In this document: positions 42,081 to 51,322 of the stretch, one piece after another
How the letters are laid out: the number at the start of each line of letters is the position of its first letter
How positions within the stretch are numbered: position 1 is the first letter of the stretch
Source: Methylococcus sp.
GTDB lineage: Bacteria; Pseudomonadota; Gammaproteobacteria; Methylococcales; Methylococcaceae
Reading direction: 5' to 3'
Assembly (NCBI GenBank): GCA_007280285.1
Contig: QYQA01000003.1
Coordinates: 1 to 61,069, forward strand
Length of the DNA: 61,069 bases
Translations under genes and position numbers: made by a program
Notes under the pieces: generated by a model
Seen by the model: only the letters and a program-made list of their open reading frames with translations
Told to the model about the DNA's origin: nothing
Database searches by the model: none

Positions 42081-42767
42081 CTAAAGTGTTCCGCAGGCGA
42101 GATTAGCGGGGATCGCCGCATGCATGTGTGGGGGCGCCGCTAAATGGAGATTCGCCATGAGCGCTATGAAGGTTTGACGATCAGCGGCCCCCCCGAGGCG
42201 GGAATTGCTTCTACGCTCCTCCTCAAGGGTAGAAACGGTCCTTCCATGATAATCATGTCCGGGATAAACGAGCGTATCCGGCGGCAATGAGAAAATCCTT
42301 TGATGGATACTGTCGAAAAGACGGCCGGCGTCCCCTTCTTGAAAATCAGTACGGCCGCACCCCCCGATCAATAAGCTATCCCCGGTGAAGACTCGGTCGG
42401 ACATGACGATGCTGATGCATCCGGCGGTATGGCCTGGAGTATGTCGAATGTCAAATTCAAGGTGGCCGACCTGAAGGAAGACCCCATCGCTCACCAGGAG
42501 ATCCGCGCAGCGGGCACCGGCGTCCCGATGGACAATGCTTTTGCTCCCCCGTTCGGCTTTGAGGCGTCCCGCGCCCGTGATATGGTCAGCGTGAACATGG
42601 GTCTCGAGCGTATATGTCAAAGACAGCGCTAGATCATCCAGTAAGGTGAGATAACGCGGCACCTCGGTGTCAACAGGATCGATCAGAATGGCTCGCCTCG
42701 TGGATTCACAGGCAAGCAGATAGGTAAAGCTGGATGTCTGGGGTTCAAGGAGTTGACGAAAGATCAT
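42081..42767 (-). CDS. MBL-fold metallo-hydrolase, ETHE1/persulfide-dioxygenase-like
   Basis: ETHVHADHITG (HxHxDH), TPGHT, GD.L...GCGRTDFQ.GDA and YPGHDY. This pattern resembles sulfur dioxygenases more than glyoxalase II. Confidence 0.75.
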   Translation of the reverse strand: MIFRQLLEPQTSSFTYLLACESTRRAILIDPVDTEVPRYLTLLDDLALSLTYTLETHVHADHITGAGRLKAERGSKSIVHRDAGARCADLLVSDGVFLQVGHLEFDIRHTPGHTAGCISIVMSDRVFTGDSLLIGGCGRTDFQEGDAGRLFDSIHQRIFSLPPDTLVYPGHDYHGRTVSTLEEERRSNSRLGGAADRQTFIALMANLHLAAPPHMHAAIPANLACGTL

Positions 42768-42832
42768 CGGTGCAGCGGCTCCAGAAGCATTAGAGTATGC
42801 TAATGATATCGCAGTTTCTTGGTGGGTGGTGT

Positions 42833-43705
42833 TCAGTGGTCATCCCGACAGGCGAGGAGGCCTTCTTCAAGGGTTGGATAGGCCAGTGTCACCAGAAGCT
42901 CGCGCCTCATTTTTTGATTATCGAGGCGCTTTGATTCATCAAGAAAGGACAGCATATTTTGGCTGAGGACGCTGCGGGCTTGTTCGAGGCTGATCGCCTT
43001 CGGGCGGGGGATGTCAAAAAGATCGGCCACTCGCCAGAAATAATCGGTCATGGTGCTGGGATGACCATCACTGATATTGTAGGCCGACCCAGGCCGACCT
43101 AAGCGGGCGGCCGCGAGACAAGCCTTTGCGAGGTCATCGGCATGAATGCGATTGGTGTAGGGGGCCTCTGCTGGCGCGATGACCGGCAAACCCTTTCGGA
43201 GGCGCTCCAAGGGCAAGCGTCCAGGACCATAAATGCCGGGGACTCTTAGAATGATGATCTCGGCGTCGTTGCGTTGGCTCCATGATGCCAGCATGGATTC
43301 TGCAGCAAGTCGGCGTTGCCCCCTCTGTGATAGCGGAGTGAGTGGTGCGGTTTCATCGATCCAGCCTCCCTGACAATCGCCATAAACGCCGCTGGTACTG
43401 ATGTAGATCAGCCGCCGGGGGGGGGCTTCCATGGCTTCGAGCCAATGGCGCAATCGAGGATCATCTAACCCACTGGGCGGCGGTGGGGCGAAGTAGTAGA
43501 CGATGTCGGCTGGCCGCAGAATCGCGCTGAGGGAGTCGGGCCGATCGAGATCCCCCACGAGGGGATGGATGCCCTCGTCAAGGAGTGGTTTGCAGCGCTC
43601 CGTTGATCTTACAAGGGCCTCAATGGAACCGCCTGCTTGTCGTTCAAGACGGGCGACGCGGCGTCCAATATCGCCGCAGCCGATCACCAAATGGGTGGCT
43701 TTCAT
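42833..43705 (-). CDS. NAD(P)-dependent SDR / epimerase-dehydratase family oxidoreductase
   Basis: Start at MKATHLVIGCGDIGRRVA (Rossmann GxGxxG), then STSGVYG. The track ORF extends to 43867. Confidence 0.75.
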   Translation of the reverse strand: MKATHLVIGCGDIGRRVARLERQAGGSIEALVRSTERCKPLLDEGIHPLVGDLDRPDSLSAILRPADIVYYFAPPPPSGLDDPRLRHWLEAMEAPPRRLIYISTSGVYGDCQGGWIDETAPLTPLSQRGQRRLAAESMLASWSQRNDAEIIILRVPGIYGPGRLPLERLRKGLPVIAPAEAPYTNRIHADDLAKACLAAARLGRPGSAYNISDGHPSTMTDYFWRVADLFDIPRPKAISLEQARSVLSQNMLSFLDESKRLDNQKMRRELLVTLAYPTLEEGLLACRDDH

Positions 43706-43747
43706 GGTCAAAGGATGAATCTCCACAAAGGGGTAATCAATGTTGCC

Positions 43748-43767
43748 GTCTGACGATGTTGTCAGAC
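43748..43767. promoter_or_regulatory. Inverted repeat resembling a CusR/CopR copper box
   Basis: GTCTGACGATGTTGTCAGAC has 7-bp arms. Its core TGACGA-TG-TTGTCA has one mismatch to the remembered consensus TGACAA-NN-TTGTCA. It lies in the divergent SDR / efflux-operon spacer. Confidence 0.3.
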
Positions 43768-43935
43768 CGCTGATGCGGGGCGAAGTGTCCGCTCGGATGA
43801 TAGAATTGCATAGATCAAGTCTCTTGCTGATCATTTTTTCCTGAATCTCATGAGTCCATGGTTTCACATTATCCTTGCTTGGGCTTAAAAGATTTGGCGT
43901 TCCCTTTTCATCTATTCCAAGAGGGACGGTTCCTG

Positions 43936-45213
43936 ATGAGAGCCTTTCTTGGTTTCACGCTGGGGGTGGTTTTATGGTTCCCCCATACGGCCTTGGCCGA
44001 GCCAGTCCTTGGCGACCATCTCGATGAGATCTTCATTGATGATGGCCTGACCCTCAAGGAAGTGGTGGACATGACCTTTGAACGCTATCCCCAGTCAGCG
44101 TTGATTGAGGCCTACCAGGAGGAGGCTCGGGCGCTTGAGCAAAGAAGCAGTAGCTGGATTGCGGGCTACCCGATGATCTATCTCCAGTACATTGATGATG
44201 CCTTGATTTCTAACCGGGGGATCAGTGACGTTCAGAGTGGTTATCAGGTTCCCCTCTGGATGTGGGGGCAAAAAGATGCCAGCCAGAAAGTCAGCGACGA
44301 GGCCAAACAGGCGGCGGAATACTACACCGTTGCCATGAAGCACGAAATTGCAGGCCTCGTCAGAGATACGCTTTGGAATTGGCGCTTGGTTGAAAATCGC
44401 AGAGACATCGCCGGCAAAATTCTCGAAGTGGCTGAAAAACTGACCCGAGTAGTCCAACGACGAGTTGAATTAGGGGATCTTGCAAGAGCCGATCTGCTGC
44501 TCGCTGAAAGCGATGAACTTGAGAAAAAGACCCTCTATATTCTGGCTGAAGCCGAGGTCATGCATGCGCGAAAGGCGTATCAGAATCTGACGCGGATGAC
44601 GCGGGTCCCCCGCCACTTGGAGGAGATAGTCTCGAAGGTTCGGGAGATGGACGAACGACATCCCGCTATCGCAGCGGCCAATGCCTCCGTGGAACGGGCG
44701 CAAGCGGAAGTTGAACTGACCCGACTCTCAAAGCAAGGTAACCAGCCAACAGTATTGTTGGGGAGTGACAGCACCTCCATTGGGCAGACCAACAAGGATG
44801 GGAGTTATGGCACCAGTCGTAATTATGGAACCGGAACCAATTTGGTCTTTCAGATTCCGATCGGAGGGGATGACTGGCACGCCCCGCAAGTGGCTCAGGC
44901 CAATCTCTTACTCAATGAAAAAATCGTTCAGCGGGAAACCCTCAGGCGACAGCTCGAGAAGGCGCTGCACGAAGCGCAGCATAATTTCGAGGTTGATACG
45001 GCCGCGATGGCCATCGCCGATCGGCGCAAGACGATCGCGGTCACCCAGATTGAAATGAGCAAAATTGCCTTTGAGGCGGGGGAGGTCGCACTGATTGATT
45101 ATTTGAAGATCCTGTCTGGCGCCCAGGCAGCCATTCGTGATGCGACCGAACGCGCCATTCTGCTTCAAAAAGACACCGCGATAATCAATCAGGTGCTGGG
45201 AATTTCTCCGTGA
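43936..45213 (+). CDS. TolC-family outer-membrane efflux factor (CusC/CzcC-like)
   Basis: Signal peptide MRAFLGFTLGVVLWFPHTALA preceded by SD GAGGGA. Two OEP-type repeats. It overlaps the next gene by 4 nt. Confidence 0.85.
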   Translation: MRAFLGFTLGVVLWFPHTALAEPVLGDHLDEIFIDDGLTLKEVVDMTFERYPQSALIEAYQEEARALEQRSSSWIAGYPMIYLQYIDDALISNRGISDVQSGYQVPLWMWGQKDASQKVSDEAKQAAEYYTVAMKHEIAGLVRDTLWNWRLVENRRDIAGKILEVAEKLTRVVQRRVELGDLARADLLLAESDELEKKTLYILAEAEVMHARKAYQNLTRMTRVPRHLEEIVSKVREMDERHPAIAAANASVERAQAEVELTRLSKQGNQPTVLLGSDSTSIGQTNKDGSYGTSRNYGTGTNLVFQIPIGGDDWHAPQVAQANLLLNEKIVQRETLRRQLEKALHEAQHNFEVDTAAMAIADRRKTIAVTQIEMSKIAFEAGEVALIDYLKILSGAQAAIRDATERAILLQKDTAIINQVLGISP

Positions 45214-46310
45214 GACGTTTTGTTGTCCTTGCGCTCTTTATCCTCACCCCGGCCGCGGCGGCTGGACGTGCACTGATTGTCATGGACAGCGAGCAGATCA
45301 GCCACCTCGATGTGCAACTGACGCAACCTCAAGCCGTCAGTAACATTCCACTGACGCAGGCCCCGGGACGGGTCGTTTTGCCACCCGCTCAGGAATTTGC
45401 TGTGACTTCGCGGCAGCCGGGGATGATCAGCAAGGTTCATGTTCCTCTTGGCGTCAAGGTTCAGCAAGGAGAGGTCCTTGCCGAAATGGACAGTATCGCG
45501 CTGGTGGATCTCCAGCGCGCGCTGATCGATGCCCAATCGGTTTTTAAGGTCGCCGAAGCCAAGCTGCATCGGGATGACACGCTGTTACGTGAGGGGGTCA
45601 TCTCGAAGGTTCGATGGCAAGAGACCCATAGTGACTTTGAACGCTCTGAGGCGACCCTCCGAGCTGCTGAGCAGACCCTGTTGGTCTCGGGTCTAACGAA
45701 CGGGGATATTCAGCGATTGAAGGCGGGCGCTCAGATCAGTGGGGCCTACCGCGTGCTCTCGCCAGCAACCGGTGTGGTACTTGAGCGCTTTGCCATTGTC
45801 GGTCAACGGGTGGATGCCTTGGCCCCCCTTTTCAAAATCGGACGCCTCGATGAACTTTGGCTCGAGGTTGACCTTCCTCAGGAGCGACTTAAGGAAGTTC
45901 GCTTGGGTGATGGGGTGATGCTTGAATCGCCAAGAGCGAAAGCCCGCATCATTGAAATCAGTGCCAATGTGAACCCTCAGAGTCAAACCGCCTTGGTGAG
46001 GGCGCGGGTGGAGGAGGGCCAGGGACAGCTTCTCCCGGGGATGCATATCAATGTGCAATTGATGCATCGGAGCTCTGATCGGATTTTCAGGATCCCCCTT
46101 TCGGCGCTGTTTTCGCATGAGGGCCGTCAATATGTCTTTGTCCGCCGAGAAGGTGGCTTTGAACCGGTGGAAGTATCGGTAGCCGGACAGGAAGCCTACA
46201 GCGTGGTGCTCCATGAGGGCCTTGAGGGCGGCGAATTCATTGTCGTCCAAGGGGTAGCCGCGCTCAAGGCTGCCTGGCTCGGGCAGGCCGCGGCAGGCCA
46301 CTCGGACTGA
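45210..46310 (+). CDS. Efflux RND periplasmic adaptor (CusB/CzcB-like)
   Basis: 366 aa, signal sequence, and HlyD-type lipoyl/beta-barrel regions (G.V..V.V..G..V..G..LA). Confidence 0.88.
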   Translation: MRRFVVLALFILTPAAAAGRALIVMDSEQISHLDVQLTQPQAVSNIPLTQAPGRVVLPPAQEFAVTSRQPGMISKVHVPLGVKVQQGEVLAEMDSIALVDLQRALIDAQSVFKVAEAKLHRDDTLLREGVISKVRWQETHSDFERSEATLRAAEQTLLVSGLTNGDIQRLKAGAQISGAYRVLSPATGVVLERFAIVGQRVDALAPLFKIGRLDELWLEVDLPQERLKEVRLGDGVMLESPRAKARIIEISANVNPQSQTALVRARVEEGQGQLLPGMHINVQLMHRSSDRIFRIPLSALFSHEGRQYVFVRREGGFEPVEVSVAGQEAYSVVLHEGLEGGEFIVVQGVAALKAAWLGQAAAGHSD

Positions 46311-49300
46311 TGTCCCATTTGATTCGCTTCGCTTTAGCACAGCGGGTTTTTACCCTGCTGGTGGCTTTGATGTTGGGCGGCGCTGGATGGTTTGCGGCGC
46401 GGAGTCTTCCCATCGATGCCTTTCCGGATGTCTCACCCACCCAGGTCAAGATCATCGTGAAGGTGCCTGGTATGACCCCGGAAGAGGTCGAGGCACGGGT
46501 CACGGCACCGATTGAGATCGAAATGCTGGGGATCCCGCAGCAGACCATGCTGCGTTCAGTCGCCAAATATGCACTCACGGATATCACGATCGACTTCGAA
46601 GAAGGAACCGATATCTACTGGGCGCGACAGCAGGTGGCCGAGCGAATGGCTCTCGCCTGGACGACGTTGCCGGACAATGCCGAAGGTGGCATGGCGCCCA
46701 TGACGACGCCTCTGGGTGAGATGTTCATGTTTACCGTGGAGGCGGAGGGGCTCTCGCTGGCGGAACGCCGGGGGCTCCTTGATTGGGTGATTCGACCGGC
46801 CTTAAGGACGGTTCCTGGGGTGGCGGACGTCAACGCGCTTGGTGGCTTGGTGAGAAGCTTTGAGGTCGTTCCTGACAGCATGCGACTGACCGCGCGGGGA
46901 GTCAGCATAGAGGCCTTAACCGATGCATTGAAGATCAACAATCGGAACGACGGGGCCGGTCGCCTCCTCCAGGGAGAGGAAGCCTTGTTGGTTCGGGCTG
47001 AGGGACGAATCACCCAACTTGAAGATGTGAGAACGATCGTCGTTGCCCAGCGTCAGGGGATACCCATTACCGTCTCCGATGTTGCCGAGGTGAGAGTGGG
47101 CGCACTGACCCGCTATGGAGCCGTCAGCCAGAATGGCCAGGGTGAAGTCGTCGAAGGATTGGTTTTGAGCCTCCGGGGGGCGAATGCCCGCGCGGTCGTC
47201 GCTGGGGTTGAAATGAAGCTTGAGGAGCTTAGGCCTGCTCTTCCACAGGAGGTGAAGATCAGTGTTTTCTACAACCGAAGTGGTCTCGTCAATCGCGCCA
47301 CGGACACCATCATTCATGCGCTCATTGAGGCCACTGTTCTTGTTGTCATTCTCCTGCTTCTTTTTCTGGGTGACCTTCGGGCTGCGCTGACTGTTGCCCT
47401 CATCCTCCCGATGGTGGCGCTGTTCACCTTCCTCTTAATGAAAGCCACCGGTTTAACCGCTAATCTCATGAGCCTTGGCGGGCTTGCGATTGCCATCGGT
47501 AAGTTGGTCGATCCGGCTGTGGTTGTCGTCGAGAACATCACGTCTCATCTTGCAGAACATGGCAACAGCCAACGATTGCCGAGACTTCATGTGATCTACC
47601 GGGCCATGCGTGAGGTCATGGCCCCTGTGGTGTCTGGATCGCTGATTATTGGCATCGTGTTTGTCCCTTTATTGACGCTGGAGGGCCTTGAAGGAAAGCT
47701 TTTTAGGCCAGTCGCTCTGACGAATGTTTTTGCGATGTCAGGTTCCATGTTGTTTTCGTTACTGGTGATCCCTGTCTTAGCTTCCTTCTTGATGACGACG
47801 GTGAAGCATGAGGAGCCTTGGCTGGCCAGAAAACTAGCGTCTTTTTATGAGCCGATACTTCGTTGGGCCCTTGATTCTTCGAGAACGGTCCTGATCGTAG
47901 CGAGCCTATTATTTCTCTCAGCACTCTTTGTCTATACCCAGATAGGGAAGAGTTTCATGCCGACCATGGATGAGGGGGACATCATCGTTCAGGTAGAAAA
48001 ACTCCCCTCCATCAACCTTGATGAATCGGTCCGAATGGATGGCGAGATCCAGAAGGCGATTCTCCAGCATGTTCCGGAGGTGGAGAGAATCACGGCCCGG
48101 GTGGGCGCTGATGAGATTGGGCTTGATCCTATGGGCCTTAACGAGACCGATACCTTTCTGGTTTTAAGGCCTGAAAAAACCTGGGGTGTTCCTGATAAGG
48201 CCGCTCTGATCGACGCCATTCGAAAAGTTCTTGATGGCTTTCCGGGTATTGCCTACAGTTTTACCCAGCCGATTCAGATGCGGGTCACCGAGATGTTGAC
48301 CGGAGTCCGCGGGGATGTTGCGGTCAAACTTTACGGGCCTGAGCTTGCTGTTCTCAATCAGAAGGCGGAAGACATCGCGGAGGTGATGCGGAATATAGAG
48401 GGGGCATCGGACGTTTTTACGCTTCGCAATGAAGGCATGCAATATATAGTGGTTAGGGTCAATCGCTTGGCGGCGGGTCGGTTGGGTTTGAGTGCCGACA
48501 GCCTGGCCGATACCTTGAGGACACAGATAGAAGGAAGAAAGATTGGGATTGTTCAAGAAGGGCTCCGGAGAACCCCGCTGCTGCTGCGGGGTCAGGGCGA
48601 GCCAGCGAGTATGTCCACCCTTCAAATCGCTCTCCCCAATGGGGAGCGGGTCCCGTTGTCGGCGGTTGCAACGCTCGAGTCGGTTGAAGGCGCTGTCTCC
48701 ATATCGCGGGAGCGAGGCCAACGTTTTTCTGTAGTCAGAAGCAATGTCGAGGGTCGCGATCTGGTGGGCTTTGTTGAGGAGGCCCAGCGGGCCGTGACCC
48801 AGCGCGTGGAGCTGCCCCGAGGTTATGTCATTCAATGGGGTGGACAGTTTGAAAATCAGCAACGTGCCGCAGCCCGCCTAGCGGTGGTGATTCCGCTCGC
48901 CATTGGGATGATCTTTCTTCTTTTGTTTTCAACCTTCCATTCGGTCAGACAATCCCTCTTAGTCTTGGCCAATGTGCCATTGGCACTGATTGGGGGGGTT
49001 TATGGGATTTGGCTGTCGGGTGAATATCTTTCGGTCTCCTCATCGGTTGGTTTTATTTCGCTGTTAGGGATTGCCGTCCTTAATGGGGTGATGATGGTCA
49101 GTACGTTCAATCAGTTACGGGCCATGGGTAAACCGATGGAGGTGGTCGTGATGGAGGGCGCGATGCGCCGCTTGCGGCCGGTTTTGATGACAGCAGGGAT
49201 CGCTGCATTTGGTTTGATCCCCCTTCTTTTTGCGACAGGGCCGGGTTCTGAGATTCAGCGGCCACTCGCTGTGGTTGGCGTTGGCGGCCTTTTTACTTCA

Positions 49301-49381
49301 ACACTTCTGACCTTAGTGATGCTGCCTATTCTTTATCGACGCTTTGGTGAAGCGCCAGTGGGCCCTGGAATGCCGAAATGA
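46310..49381 (+). CDS. CusA/CzcA-family heavy-metal efflux RND transporter
   Basis: 1023 aa with 12 TM segments. The TM4 motif is SLGGLAIAIGKLVDPAVVVVEN. Confidence 0.93.
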   Translation: MSHLIRFALAQRVFTLLVALMLGGAGWFAARSLPIDAFPDVSPTQVKIIVKVPGMTPEEVEARVTAPIEIEMLGIPQQTMLRSVAKYALTDITIDFEEGTDIYWARQQVAERMALAWTTLPDNAEGGMAPMTTPLGEMFMFTVEAEGLSLAERRGLLDWVIRPALRTVPGVADVNALGGLVRSFEVVPDSMRLTARGVSIEALTDALKINNRNDGAGRLLQGEEALLVRAEGRITQLEDVRTIVVAQRQGIPITVSDVAEVRVGALTRYGAVSQNGQGEVVEGLVLSLRGANARAVVAGVEMKLEELRPALPQEVKISVFYNRSGLVNRATDTIIHALIEATVLVVILLLLFLGDLRAALTVALILPMVALFTFLLMKATGLTANLMSLGGLAIAIGKLVDPAVVVVENITSHLAEHGNSQRLPRLHVIYRAMREVMAPVVSGSLIIGIVFVPLLTLEGLEGKLFRPVALTNVFAMSGSMLFSLLVIPVLASFLMTTVKHEEPWLARKLASFYEPILRWALDSSRTVLIVASLLFLSALFVYTQIGKSFMPTMDEGDIIVQVEKLPSINLDESVRMDGEIQKAILQHVPEVERITARVGADEIGLDPMGLNETDTFLVLRPEKTWGVPDKAALIDAIRKVLDGFPGIAYSFTQPIQMRVTEMLTGVRGDVAVKLYGPELAVLNQKAEDIAEVMRNIEGASDVFTLRNEGMQYIVVRVNRLAAGRLGLSADSLADTLRTQIEGRKIGIVQEGLRRTPLLLRGQGEPASMSTLQIALPNGERVPLSAVATLESVEGAVSISRERGQRFSVVRSNVEGRDLVGFVEEAQRAVTQRVELPRGYVIQWGGQFENQQRAAARLAVVIPLAIGMIFLLLFSTFHSVRQSLLVLANVPLALIGGVYGIWLSGEYLSVSSSVGFISLLGIAVLNGVMMVSTFNQLRAMGKPMEVVVMEGAMRRLRPVLMTAGIAAFGLIPLLFATGPGSEIQRPLAVVGVGGLFTSTLLTLVMLPILYRRFGEAPVGPGMPK

Positions 49382-49680
49382 GCGGGGGGATTCTAATGAC
49401 CTTGATGGTGCCCTCACTCCTCGAGGACAGCATGGTGGACTGGCTTATGTTGAATGCCGAAGATCGGCTGTTTTTGAGTGGCGTTGTCAGTGTTCATGCG
49501 GCGGGGCATGAACGCTTGAGCTTAATGGAGCAGGTCACGGGCCGCAAGCAACACATTCGATTTGAGGTCTTACTGGAGGCGGGCGAAGTGGATGGGCTCA
49601 TCAAACGACTGCAGCAGGATTTCCTTGAGACGGGTATTCGCTTCTGGATAGCCCCGATCGATGAAAGTGGAGCGCTCTAA
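49378..49680 (+). CDS. DUF3240 family small protein (PII/CutA-like fold?) coupled to the RND pump
   Basis: 100 aa with an ATGA overlap on the RND stop: MTLMVPSLLEDSMVDWLM... This is the pattern I associate with DUF3240. Confidence 0.65.
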   Translation: MSGGILMTLMVPSLLEDSMVDWLMLNAEDRLFLSGVVSVHAAGHERLSLMEQVTGRKQHIRFEVLLEAGEVDGLIKRLQQDFLETGIRFWIAPIDESGAL

Positions 49681-50582
49681 AGGCTCCGGGGGGCTCGTCC
49701 GAGAGCCTCTTCTAAGGCGGGCTCAAGGGTCGGATAGGAAAACCTAAACCCCAAGGACTCTGCCCGTTCTGGAATCACCCTTTGGCTCCCGATTAAAAGC
49801 TCCGCCATCTCACCCAGGAGTCCCTTTAAGAACCATTTCGGGAGGTGGCAGAAGGCGGGCCGCTTCAGCAGATGCGCCAGCGTCTGGGTGAAGATCTGGT
49901 TGGTGACGGGGTTGGGTGCGGTTGCGTTGAAGATGCCCCTCGCCTCTTTCGAGGCCAAAAGGAAACGGGTGAGGGCGATATGATCATCCAAGTGGATCCA
50001 CGACATCCATTGTTGGCCATCACCGATGTTGCCGCCAAGCCCTAAGGAAAAAGGAATCCGCATGGGCTGAAGGAATCCACCCTTGCGGCCAACCACCAAC
50101 CCGGTTCTAAGCAGAGCGACTCGAACGCCGATGGCTTCTGCCTTAAGAGCAGCCTCTTCCCAAGCATGACAGAGATCGAAAGCAAATCCATGATCTCCGC
50201 GGTCATTCTCCGATAAAATTCGTTCGCGTTGATCCCCGTAGATCCCGATCGCAGATCCACTGATCAGTATTCGTGGCTTGATGGTCGCAGCGGTCATTCG
50301 CTCGAGGAGTTGGTGGGTGACGCCGATACGGCTGTCCCATAAAGTTTTCTTGCGCGAAGTCGTCCATCGCTGTCCCATGATGGGAGCGCCTGAGAGGTTA
50401 ATGACCGCCTCAAAGGATTGATCGGAGGACCATTCAGCAAGACTCCTCATGATCACGCAGGAGTGACTTTCCTTTGGGAGCGTTCGGTGAGCGAGTAGCG
50501 TTAGATGATGGCCGTCAGCGAGAAGGGCGTTGACGAGAGCTTGACCAATAAACCCAGTACCCCCGGTGACCAGAATATTCAT
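49677..50582 (-). CDS. TIGR01777 (YfcH-like) epimerase-family protein with a C-terminal DUF1731
   Basis: MNILVTGGTGFIGQAL... Rossmann start, 301 aa. Confidence 0.85.
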   Translation of the reverse strand: MNILVTGGTGFIGQALVNALLADGHHLTLLAHRTLPKESHSCVIMRSLAEWSSDQSFEAVINLSGAPIMGQRWTTSRKKTLWDSRIGVTHQLLERMTAATIKPRILISGSAIGIYGDQRERILSENDRGDHGFAFDLCHAWEEAALKAEAIGVRVALLRTGLVVGRKGGFLQPMRIPFSLGLGGNIGDGQQWMSWIHLDDHIALTRFLLASKEARGIFNATAPNPVTNQIFTQTLAHLLKRPAFCHLPKWFLKGLLGEMAELLIGSQRVIPERAESLGFRFSYPTLEPALEEALGRAPRSL

Positions 50583-50744
50583 GGTTGAAATCTTGCTGGG
50601 TTCGAGGGCGATGGATTCGAAGATGAATCCAAGATTCGATGCCGTAGGAGGTAAAAAAACCCGCTAGAGAATGACATCATAAGCAAGTCAGGTGATGGTA
50701 ACGGCTTCAACCGAAGCACCACCTGATTGCGTCGAAAAAACGTC

Positions 50745-50870
50745 TTACTTCGGTTCGTCGTCGTTGAAAACCCAACGAACAAACAGAACACCGGCTACGA
50801 GAATAACCAGCGTAACGGTGATGCCGACTGGAGACCGCATTTTTTCGACCAGGTCGAGAATCATTCCCAT
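50745..50870 (-). CDS. Candidate 41-aa single-pass membrane micro-protein
   Basis: Not in the track. Translation: MGMILDLVEKMRSPVGITVTLVILVAGVLFVRWVFNDDEPK*. AAGAAAGG lies 8 nt upstream of the ATG, and it has its own promoter-like element. I recognise no family. Confidence 0.45.
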   Translation of the reverse strand: MGMILDLVEKMRSPVGITVTLVILVAGVLFVRWVFNDDEPK

Positions 50871-50932
50871 GTGCTTATACCTTTCTTGTTGGCTTAATGA
50901 ATGGCTTCAAATAGCGTCAAGCGCTGGCCGGT

Positions 50933-50960
50933 ATCTTACAGCCTGTCGGCTGTGTGTCAA
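50933..50960 (-). promoter_or_regulatory. Sigma70-like promoter for the 41-aa micro-ORF
   Basis: On the minus strand: TTGACA, 16 nt, TAAGAT. It sits about 65 nt upstream of the ATG. Confidence 0.5.
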
Positions 50961-51020
50961 GTCAGCCTGACGGAGAATCCAAAAGGATTGGACGGTTTTG
51001 TGGCCTTCATTTTGGCCCAT

Positions 51021-51052
51021 AAAAAAACCCGGGCAAAGCCCGGGTTTTATTT
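51021..51052. terminator. Strong bidirectional Rho-independent terminator
   Basis: AAAAAAA-CCCGGGC-aaa-GCCCGGG-TTTTATTT. On the minus strand it follows the small lipoprotein gene and ends in seven U. Confidence 0.88.
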
Positions 51053-51141
51053 CACCTGATACGCTATCTGCTTTCTTATTGGGAGGACAGCATCCTCTTA
51101 TCGCTTTGGAGCATCGCGTCGATTTCAGGTTGACTCTCTGC

Positions 51142-51261
51142 TTACAGAGATGGAGCAGCAGGAGCTTCAATTTTCTGCTTGTCGCCGTCAGGTGAATTAC
51201 CACAGCCAACAACAACCAAAGACATCATCAGTACGCTTACAACGCAGAGCAACTTCTTCAT
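51142..51261 (-). CDS. 39-aa lipoprotein micro-gene
   Basis: MKKLLCVVSVLMMSLVVVGCGNSPDGDKQKIEAPAAPSL* has a signal peptide with lipobox VVGC. A perfect SD AGGAGG lies 7 nt upstream. It is bracketed by a consensus-like promoter and a strong terminator. The track ORF extends to 51351. Confidence 0.7.
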   Translation of the reverse strand: MKKLLCVVSVLMMSLVVVGCGNSPDGDKQKIEAPAAPSL

Positions 51262-51322
51262 AAGGAACCTCCTGATTGGACACTTAAAAGTTATAGTTAA
51301 TAGTGCTCGAAGCACAGGCCAT

